A stretch of DNA of 64,000 nucleotides. Source: Camelus ferus (Eukaryota). The translations under genes were made by a program, and so were the position numbers. Below are positions 12,881-22,260 of this stretch, piece after piece. Below the pieces are notes generated by a model. The model saw only the letters and a list, made by a program, of their open reading frames with translations, had not been told where the DNA came from and ran no database searches. Where the stretch lies: NCBI RefSeq assembly GCF_009834535.1, contig NC_045697.1, forward strand, positions 38,876,001 through 38,940,000, in the 5' to 3' direction. Position 1 is the stretch's first letter; each line of letters begins with the position of its first letter.

Positions 12881-14149
12881 GCAAGCCCTAGAGAGAGCTG
12901 ACCTAGAGTTAGAGGGGCTCTAAAAAGATACTGATCTAGAGTTAAGGCATTTGACAGTATTAGCAATAGTAATTATCATCACTATTTACAAAGTGCTTTT
13001 TTTTTTTTGGTAGAGTGTTGCTGTCCTTGTATTACAGTTGAAAAAGTAAACTCAAGGTTAATTTGATAACAAATTCACATTTAAAAGGGCACTGACTATT
13101 TCCCTGCCCCGCAGTGCAGAGGCGGAGGCTCAGGTACATTCAGGATTTCGCTCCACCTGCTGAACACCGTTTCAACCTCATTAACGCTGATGACAACAAG
13201 AAAGTAGGGGAATGGGCCTGCCTCCGTAAAACTGACAGAGAGGAAAACCCAGCAAAGTGGTCGGTTGCAGTTGTGTGGAGGCTAAGGGCTATGGCAAAGA
13301 CTCTCAGGCCGAGGACTTCAATTGTAGGAAATGAACAAATACAAAACTCGGGTCTAGTTAAATACATATAATTAGTTAATTAAAAGAGTTAATCCTCATT
13401 CAATTAAAACACTCAATCCTTATTCCCTCCCAGCACCTGCCATTCAAGGACTCTTGACTCTTGGGCCTGATAAGCACAGGAAGTGATCCTTGTGTCATAA
13501 ATGTGCTTCTCAGCTCCAAGCTAAAGGCACATTCTCTGCCCAGCTGGTTAACTCTTCTTGTCCTGCATAGCTTGTTCTTGAATCATATCTCTGGTGTGTT
13601 GGAAAGACCTCTGACCTGGGGCTTAGACCTGGTTTAGCATCTCTCTCATTGCCGGGCATGGGCAAATCTCCATGCTCTGTCTGGATCTGCTTTGCCCACA
13701 GTCATCTTAGCAGCACATTTTTTCCCTGTTAGCCTGTTTCTATGGACACGCTTTGAAAGGTAAAGAATGCTCTCTCCATGCAGGTATTTATGATGTACAC
13801 ACATTCCTGCCTCATCCACACCTTCTCCCTCCTTTCTTTCCAGAAAGTGATGTCAGCATCCAGCCCTGTGCTGACAGATGCTCAGACCACTGCTAATTAG
13901 GCTGCAGAAGAGCATGACAGATGAGGCTGTTCTGTTCAGCCCCTGGTTCACTGTGTATTGTTTAGAGAAGGAATGTTTTAAGGTAGAGGAAGAGGAAGCT
14001 TGCCAAGGATGTTTAATGTGATCTTGTAAACATTTGTTTTGTGAATAACTGTTAATGTTTCTTATTCTGGGCTCTTTATTTTAAAGAACTGAAAAGACTG
14101 GGCCTGCATTGTAGGTAAGAGTTCAGAAGTGTACGCCTGCATCATCCTG

Positions 14150-14650
14150 GGCTGGGTTGGCAGACACTACCTGTGGCCTTTCCAATATCCATCCTCCCCT
14201 TCTTTCTTACCAACAGAACCTGAGTTTTGCTCAAGGCAGTACTATGCCCAATTAAAAAGGCTCACCTTCCCAGACTGCCTTGCACTTAAGAGTGGCCATG
14301 TGACCCAATTCTGGCCAATGAGATGTAGATGGAAGTTGTTAGGTGGGGACCTCCAGGAAGCCTGTTTTAAAGGGGAGAGTCTTAGCTGGCATTTGCCCTT
14401 TGCTTTTTCCTTTTTCACGTGAAATGCATCCATCTTGTCTCCATGAACATAAGAGCCACATGCTAAAAATAGGAAAGTAGGAAGATAAAATGACCGCAGG
14501 TCCTTGGCAACCCTAGGGAGCAACCTGCCTGCTGATGCCTTATGTAAAATCAATCAATTAATCAGTTAAACAAACAGACAAAAAGCCTATTTGGTTAACC
14601 TGTTGTACTCAACTTACTGTTCCACGCAGTCAAACAATCTTAACTGATAG
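14150..14650. mobile_element. LTR33/LTR16-like ERVL LTR
   Basis: ttcccagactgccttgca...gtggccatgtgacccaattctggccaatgagatgta motif. Confidence 0.65.
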
Positions 14651-14716
14651 GCTGCTAGGACATTTAATGTGCTGTGATAGAAAATGTGTACAAATCAACT
14701 GTAGAGTCCTTTAGAA

Positions 14717-14882
14717 CAGTGCTGCTCAGGCTTTCATGTGCATTTCCACCACTTGGAAAGCTTGTTAAAAATGCAGATTCTGATTCAGTAGGTCTGGTTT
14801 GGAGTCTGGGATTCTGCACTTCTCACAAGCTTGCAGCTAATGCTGATGATGCCAGCCCTGGACCACACTGTAAGGAGCAAAG
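14717..14882. mobile_element. MER5A/B hAT-Charlie DNA transposon
   Basis: cttgttaaaaatgcagattctgattcagtaggtctgg...tgctgatgatgccagccctggaccacact. Confidence 0.8.
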
Positions 14883-14999
14883 ATTTAGAAAATGACAGCT
14901 CTTTTGTCAGGCTGCTCCTCTGTTGAGCTATTCTGTTTTTCTTTGATATGCTGATTATTCAGTTAAAAAAAGTCTGTAGAGGACTCACTCAATGCATTT

Positions 15000-15718
15000 T
15001 CAACAAAACGTGAAGGTTTTATTTAGAATATCATTTTAGAAACAAAAAGCAGTTCATTTTGTTAAGCAAAATACATTTAACAAATGCATTTAAATAAGGT
15101 AAATTCAAGACTTTTGTGGATTTTTTTCCCTTCGTTACTTGATTTTTCTGCCAGTTGGAGTTTCTGTCTTCCAGCCTCACTGGGTGCTTTCCAAGTGAAT
15201 GCAGCTATAATCCAAGGAACTGCTTTATGAAATCTGAATGACTCAAATATCCCCCTATATTCTCACTCAATCTCCATGTATTAAATGAAACACAAGGAAA
15301 GTGACTTAGGGAAGTAGAATTGGAAGGAAATGTCTTCTTCTTGGTCATGTTATCTTTTTAACAGAGGCTTTGCCTGCTCTGAAATCGATGGTGAAAGTAA
15401 ACTGTTACTGGGAGGTGATGGTCATAAGAAAACTTAGATGGTTTTCACACCATCTGTCATCGTGACCCGAAGGAAAATGCAAGCCACACCACTTTCCAGC
15501 CAAGCTACTGCTTTCCACAGAAGCTGCACATAGCTTCCTATTGTTATTTTCTTTTCTAGTTATGTACATTAAAAAAATACAACGTTGTGTTAAGTAGCAG
15601 GACAGCTAACAGTGGAACATATGACATTACACTGAGAAACCAAAATAGCTTGGTTAAGCTGACAAGAGAAACAGCAGATGGTCTTCATGGAGGGAAGCCG
15701 CCAATGCCCACCATCTCC
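15000..15718 (-). other. HOPX: HOPX 3' UTR (end approximate)
   Basis: Repeat-free stretch between the stop codon and the minus-strand AATAAA; the cleavage site is inferred about 20 nt past the hexamer. Confidence 0.75.
15018..15023 (-). terminator. HOPX: HOPX polyadenylation signal AATAAA
   Basis: Plus-strand tttatt about 700 nt after the stop codon, followed on the minus strand by GT/T-rich sequence. Confidence 0.75.
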
Positions 15719-15796
15719 CTAGTCCGTGACGGATCTGCACTCTGAGGGTAGGCCTTCTGACTGCCTCCACTGGGCCAGGCGCTGCTTGAACCATTT
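15719..15796 (-). CDS. HOPX: HOPX last coding exon (codons 49-73 plus TAG)
   Basis: Acceptor tttctcccctccag| followed by AAA TGG TTC AAG CAG CGC CTG GCC CAG TGG AGG CAG TCA GAA GGC CTA CCC TCA GAG TGC AGA TCC GTC ACG GAC TAG = KWFKQRLAQWRQSEGLPSECRSVTD*. A phase-0 join gives the 73-aa HOPX. Confidence 0.98.
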   Translation of the reverse strand, partial: KWFKQRLAQWRQSEGLPSECRSVTD

Positions 15797-15949
15797 CTGG
15801 AGGGGAGAAATGTGCAAAATTACCTGTCACATACTGAAAAACTGAAATGTCCGTTCCCTTTCTAAAAGTCGCCTCTGCGGCCCAGCTGGAAAGGAGGAAA
15901 GCAAGAACTGTGTCCATGGGGATGGTTCTTCTCACTGTGATACTTACCT

Positions 15950-16326
15950 TTCCTGCCTCAGGACCTTTGCACATACTATTTCCCATGCTCAGACTTCATT
16001 ATTTATCTGATGATCTCAGTCTCATCCTCAGGGCTTGGCTTAAATAGAACCTTCTCAATGAAGCCTTCCCTAACCACTTTATATAAAGTAGAATCTCTAC
16101 CGATCTTCTTGTTTTCTATTTTAGTATTTTGTTACTATCACAGAACTTTTAATATCTGTAATTAATTCATTTGTACATTCACTTGTTTTTAATCTACATT
16201 TCCTTCTAGAAATAAAGATCCATGAGAGCAGAGACTTGTATCCATCTTATCATCATTGCATCCTTAGCCCCTAGCACAAGGGTTTAACAGAAATTAGTCA
16301 ATGTTTGTTGAGTGAATAAAATAAAT
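15950..16326 (+). mobile_element. L2 LINE 3' end
   Basis: cctcaggacctttgcacat ... ccatgagagcagagactt ... aatgtttgttgagtgaataaa. Confidence 0.75.
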
Positions 16327-17640
16327 GGAAACATCTCCTTGATGCCCCCAGATAAATCTGTATGGCTGCTGTATCTCATCAATGTGTGCTGATCTCATCA
16401 AGGGCCTTGCTCATCAGCAGTGCTTAGTAAAAATTCCCTGAAGAAAATGAATGGAAAACTGAGCATGGGACAACCTTGAGGCACTCCTTTTTGGGGGTTC
16501 ATGGAATAGGCTAGCCCAATCTTTCCTGCTCCAGGACCACTGAGCAGTGAGAAAAGATAGAATGGGACACCCAGTTGACTCAAAATCTTCTAGCTCTGTG
16601 TGTCCCAAATATTCATACCTCGCATAAGTAACCACGGATTTAGGGAACGTCCCAGAAGGGATACTTCTAGACATAGTACCATGTGAGGGCTGAAACATAA
16701 ATCCGCCTTTATTATACCACCAAGGGGTGGGGAAATCTGCAAAGGAGAGATAAGGAGACCCCTGTTGGGGAGCAGTCTGGGGTATGATCCAGGTTGGCCA
16801 GGAGGAAACTGAAGTTTAAAAAAAAAAAAAAACAACACAAGAGAAAGTAGTGAAGAAATAGAAGCAGCAAGCATTGATCCACATGGAGAGGATGAGTTGG
16901 AGGGCTCTGTGGGAAGGCAAGACCTCCAGGCTTTATTCTCCTGTGCTTCCTAACCTTTCACACATCAGGGCACACTTTGAGAATGATGATATTTTCATGT
17001 CACACTGCTTGGGGAGGTGACTGCCAGGGGCCCTGCAGTCCTGGGCTCTGCCAACAAGAAGCTCTATTATAAACAACTGGCTCTGAGAACTTGAGGAAGT
17101 CCCTAAAAATAGAGCGCCAGTCAGCTCAACTGGAAATGAAGAGGTAAGCTTACAGGGTCTCCAACTGTCCTTTGCTGGGTTGCTCAAATTTACCTATTCT
17201 AGGGATCAGTAGATGAGGGGACAGAAAAGTAGCAGAAAGAACATAGCTGTGGGATGGATGCCAGCCAGACCTGGGGCATGCTGACGGAGTTGGTGTGGTG
17301 GGCTCTGACTTAGCACAGCCAGATGTGGTTTCAGCCTCAGAACAAACGGTGGGCTCTAGGGCCATGCTGGGGAAGACCTTGTCCCTGCAGAGATCTAAGG
17401 AGTCAAAAGGCATTTAGTTCAGCCTAAGCCCAAGATCAGAAGAAAGGGTGAGAACCACAGGGGAAAGAGTGCTTCTTAGATTCAACACCTGTAGAGCGAG
17501 AAGGGAGCGAGGCCACGGGATCGTCTGGGGCTCTGCACTGGGGCTCAGCTGGCTGAACAGCAAGGGGCCACGCCTGTAACTCACCCTAACTGAGAGTTTA
17601 CACACTCAGGTGCCTTACACAGCCATCAAGATCCATTGTC

Positions 17641-17775
17641 TTATACACTCTGTAGGGCAGGGTGACAGCAGAGAAAGTAATCTAAAGCCAGGGCCAGCAG
17701 ACTACCCTTAGGGAAGCCTTCTCTTTGGAGGTCGTTCTCCAGGTGCCATATTTCACTCCCTGGTATCTCTGACCT
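17641..17775 (-). other. HOPX: Segment resembling the human HOPX alternative exon (GSDLISRSKIWHPESS...), possibly cryptic or degenerate
   Basis: Frame 17766-17641 reads IPGSEIWHLENDLQREGFPKGSLLALALDYFLCCHPALQSV*, preceded by the pyrimidine tract tctgtctcctccttaag. The similarity is to my recollection of the human isoform. Confidence 0.55.
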
Positions 17776-20079
17776 TAAGGAGGAGACAGAGCACACGTAA
17801 CTTCGGTGGCTTTAACCAAAGTTCTGCTGCTTAACGTGGGCCTGTTTGCTTCTGTGATCATGCATGTGTTTAGTTAACTCTGGAATCTGACGTGAGGGTA
17901 GCACGGTTCCAGTTTCATTAATGAGGTAGCTCTGCAGGGGTTTTGAACCTAGAAGGTCTGATTAAACAGAATTTCCAGTTACTAGAGCTGAATAAATGGC
18001 AGAGTTTTAAAGACTGACTAATTAAAACTTGGAGGAGGAAAGGCTCGTTTTCTATCAGGATTCACTGAAGACAAAATGATTGAGCTGGCTTCATTCAGAA
18101 GAGCCACCCACATCTTTACACTAGTAATGAAGCAGAATATTAATGCACAGCTGAAAATAACTTCAGCAATGACCACATTTGTGAACCGGTGAGTTGGCAT
18201 CCAAGTGCTTCACAAGTTGAACCCTAGCATTGAGGGACGGGAAGAAAAGCTCAACTATTTTCTGAAGATAAAATATTTGAAATCAAGTGTGTATATGATA
18301 ATTTAGCAAAACAGTTGCTCTCCAACAAAACCCATTAAACACCTTGCTTGTTTTTTTTCCCCTCTAGGGTTGAAAATTACCACATCTCACTTACATCAAT
18401 ATTAATTTTCCTTCTGGCTTTCCTCCTCTTCTTTGTTTCAGTCATCCCCTGGGAAAGACATTCACCCCTCTCTTGCTTATAAATGGATGCCCTCATTAGT
18501 CATGCCCATGGATGGAGATTTATTTCCTCCGAGGGAACAGATGATAATTAGACACTATGATGGGGAGGGGTTGAGGCAAAATAACATTATTCCTGTCCTT
18601 TTCTCTAGTAACTAACATTTCATTCCTTTCAGAGGAAACCTTTAGAGTTTTTTATTCCACTGATAGAACAACAGGTAAAACCCAGGACATCAGAGGAGAT
18701 AAAAATCCTGGAAACCTCTCTTAAGAACCAATGCCAGCTACACTGGGACTGAGTTGGTGATAATAGAAAATGGCAGATCATCCCAACCTCCCTAGGGGAT
18801 GATGAGAGCATTCCCAGCCCCTTTTCACACTGACTTCAAAATGAAAGACATAGGGGTTGGGATTCTGTAAAGTTTATCTAATTTAAATATAGGAGATATC
18901 TAATTACTGTCATCAGAAAAAAACCATTCTAGGGCCCTAGCAAATGCCCCTTAAAAAGTTATTTCCATCAGAACACCCTTCACCTCACCCTGGGTTCCCA
19001 TAGGTGTCCCCTGTCCCCAAGCAGAGAACACTGTCCTACTGTGGAACAGTATAAAGAGGTCAAAGCCTCCGGTCAGAGAATGTTTCGAACTTTTGGTTCC
19101 TCTTGCCCTCTGCCAAAGTATCAGCAATGTGAATCAGCTCTAGTGAACTATCTTACAGGAGCATTGCATGCTTCTTTTTATTCTCCTAGTGTTACTTGTT
19201 CTAGGGAAATGAGTATGAATCCAATTCTGCAAGTGGGTGGTGGTAGGGATAAGGGATCAGGTGTATGAAATAAATATTATTTTAGCTTTGATGACCTTTT
19301 CTCATGGAAAGGGGTAACACTAACAAAGAAAAGAAACAGGGGAAGTGCTGATACCAGACACTGCTTATATGGAGACCCGGCAGCCCCTGGCCTCCGTGAG
19401 TTATTTAAAGGGTCCCTACAGAGACCCATTCTCACCCACCAGTGCACACAGGGAGGGGTTAAGGAAGGCTGGGAAGATGGGAAGTTGGAAGATGAGATCC
19501 CACCCAGTAGGAGATGACAGAGGGTTGCCAAAGAAGCCTCTTTCCCCAAACTTGCCAAATGTTGCCTCTTTCTGAGCTCTGGGGTCTCAGATGCTTCCCT
19601 GTGGTCAAGGCCTGGAAGACAGAGGGGAGAGACGAGCTGTGGCAGTCTCAGGGAGGAAGAAGGTGTTGGCTTCATGGCAGGAAAAGGAAGCCAGGGGCCC
19701 TGCTGTGAGGCTGACTCATCCCCCAGTACACTCACTTCGGGGCTGGGTCCACTGTTTGCTCATTTGTGGATGGGAGAAAAGGGGAAATGGCTGAAGGGTG
19801 GCCTGAGGGGGGCAGATGACCCTGCTATGTAGGGGTCTGAGTTGGGCTGACCTCAGTTACAGAAAGGTGCCCTTTCTTCCTGTCCCTGACCTGATTTCAG
19901 TTCAGTTCTATCATATAAGGTGAATCTTGAGGAAAGATCGCATATAGTCTGGGATGACTGTCATTTACTGAATGGGTTTTTTTTTTTCCAGGAAGAAATA
20001 GAAAATACATTGAATTTTCAGTCCTTCCTTCCCATCCCTACCTAGTTGTTTCCATTCTTTTTTTTTTTTTTGTGGAGAC

Positions 20080-20250
20080 AAAACAGCCTGGTGGTTAAGA
20101 GTCTGGATTGTGGAGCCAAACTGCCAGGGTTCAGATCCCATCTCTGCTACTTCCCAGTTGTGGTTGTGGGCAAGTTACTTAACCTTTTGGTATGAATAAA
20201 TGGTTGACCACTTGGAGAGTACCTGGAACAACAGGTCATTTAATAGGTGG
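20080..20250 (+). mobile_element. MIR SINE
   Basis: gtggttaagag...gggttcagatcccatctctgctacttcc...gggcaagttacttaacc core. Confidence 0.7.
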
Positions 20251-21861
20251 CAAGTATCATCCATAATTATTCTGCTTTACAGGTAAAGAAATGACAGAAT
20301 CTTGCCAAGGGAGAATCCGAGGCTGATACTGACCCACAGTAAACCCATAGTCTTCTTTTTAAAAAGATGAATTATTGTCTCTGTGATCACTCCTCTTTTC
20401 TAAATATAGCATGGGATTTTAAATGACAAAAGGTCAGCAGGCTGCCTCCTGCAGGGGAGAGAGGGTTCTAAGAAACACGAGCTGTTAGACTTGTATTACA
20501 GTAAATCACCTTCCATTAAGTTCTGGTTCTGGTGAGCCAGACAGCTGTTCCCTTTGCTAAAAACAAATACATTTGACTTTCTGTTTGACCTAGGAGTGGG
20601 AGGGTTTTCTATGGGCAAGTTCTCCAAAGGCTTGATTAGTAGAAATCATTTGGGACTTGAGATCTAAAATGGATCTTGGGGTCTTGGTTTCGGGATCTAT
20701 AGGAGCACCCATTACAAGCTTTTAAGCCTCAACTATGATTCGTGGTGAGGAGAGGACAAAATGTCTGATGCTTTCTCTGGTCTATAAAAAGTGATTTAAA
20801 AAGTCTCTGTTTAGACTTGAGACTAGAGGTGTGAAGTGCTTTGGGCTCCCATGGGAGAGATGCTAGAGGAGTTCCAAGTAGTAGTATCATGCATAACGAA
20901 TTGCCTTTCCATGACCAAAGGGAAGACAGAAGTCAGAATTTAGGCAGGATTAAAAAAAAAAAAATCAGTGGAAGGAGCGAACACTGCACCTGGTGGTTAA
21001 AAATCACGGGCAGTGTTGCATTCACTACCCTAAACAATTTTCAGGATAGGAGTTAAAAAATCAATCAATCAATGCACTTAGGTGACATCTGCTTCCATGC
21101 CCTCCAGCTGTAAAATCGGATGTCTGCCTTCTCAGAAAACTCCAGAAAAAGACCGTAAAGCTTAGGGCTGTGGAATTTAAAAAAATCGGGACCAAATCTC
21201 CCTGGCTCCGTGCAATTTTAGCTCCGCAGCTCAGCGGAAGCTGCAGCGTGATGTAGTGGAAAGAGCATGCCCAACGACCCGTTGGCAAGTCCCTCTCTCT
21301 GAACCTCCTTTTCCTCGTTTACCAAACCTGAGGACTGAATTTACAGCTGATCGCTGAGATTCCTTCCAGTTCTGACATTCCCGCCGATAATAGATTTGAG
21401 GGCACTGGGCTCAGAGGGCGCACACGGCACCTCTCCCAGAGGTTTCGCTCACAGCCCAGAGGAGAAACAGAACCCCGGAAAAGCGAGACAAGTGGGCCAA
21501 GGCACGCTGCTCCCAAGCCGGAGGGAGGAGAAAGCGTGTATCCTGGGCTGCAGGGGAGAGTGGAAAAGCAAGGTGAAGCCGGGGTGGGCGTGAGATTTCT
21601 AAGCAGCTCCTGCGGGAGCCACCGGGCTGGGGTAGAGGGGCAGATCCTGCGCCCGTGGAGCCGGGAAGCTGGGATGCTGCGGTGGGAGCGATGCAGGTCC
21701 GGGCTCCCAGGGTGAGGGCAGAATCAATGAAAGATCACGGGGAGGGAGGCCAAGCAGGAGACGGAGGCAAGGGCAGTTTCTCGAGATGGCCCAGGCGAGG
21801 GCGGGCGCGGCGGTGCGGGCAGGCAGGGGTCGGGGCGGGCAGGGCGCGTGCAGGGGCTCAC

Positions 21862-22005
21862 CTGGGTCTCCTCCTCCGAAAGGCCGGCCTCGGCCGCGAT
21901 CAGGCACAGCGTGGTGGGGTCCGGGTGCTTGTTGACCTTGTTGAAGTTGTACTCCAGGATCTCCACCTGGTCCTCAGTGGGGCCGCTCGCGGTCTCCGCC
22001 GACAT
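21862..22005 (-). CDS. HOPX: HOPX first coding exon (codons 1-48), atypical homeodomain-only protein
   Basis: Translates MSAETASGPTEDQVEILEYNFNKVNKHPDPTTLCLIAAEAGLSEEETQ, the HOPX N-terminal homeodomain portion. Kozak context GGGACCATG; 144 nt ending at the canonical donor CAG|GTGAG (GT at 21861-21860). Confidence 0.98.
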
Positions 22006-22206
22006 GGTCCCGGCACTGCTGCGGGAGAAGAAGCGGCGGTGGTGAGTGAGGAGGGCGGGCGGGCGGGACGCTGGAGGGACTGCGATCCCGGGCGCGGCCA
22101 GGCTCCCTCAGCCCGCGGGGCTGTCCCTGCTCGCGGTCGCACCGCGCGCGGGTCCGCGGCTGCAGGCTGGGGCGGGAGCCCGCCCAGGCGCCTTCCGGGG
22201 GCGCAC

Positions 22207-22260
22207 CTAGGGGTCCCACCGCTGAGCTGCGCGTCCTCGGGCCTCCGTCCTGCTCCGAAT
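22207..22260 (-). other. HOPX: Candidate proximal non-coding first exon of HOPX (5' end uncertain)
   Basis: Donor-like TAG|GTGCGC (GT at 22206-22205) inside the CpG island, 188 nt upstream of the coding-exon acceptor; an A-rich GTAAAAAT lies just upstream. Confidence 0.4.

Noticed and set aside
15654..15986. 110-aa minus-strand ORF over the last HOPX exon
   Set aside because: It is in a different frame from HOPX and begins in an L2 repeat.
21724..21861. Read-through tail VSPCTRPARPDP... in the 93-aa ORF call
   Set aside because: This is intronic sequence after a canonical donor; the true C-terminus is at 15796-15719.
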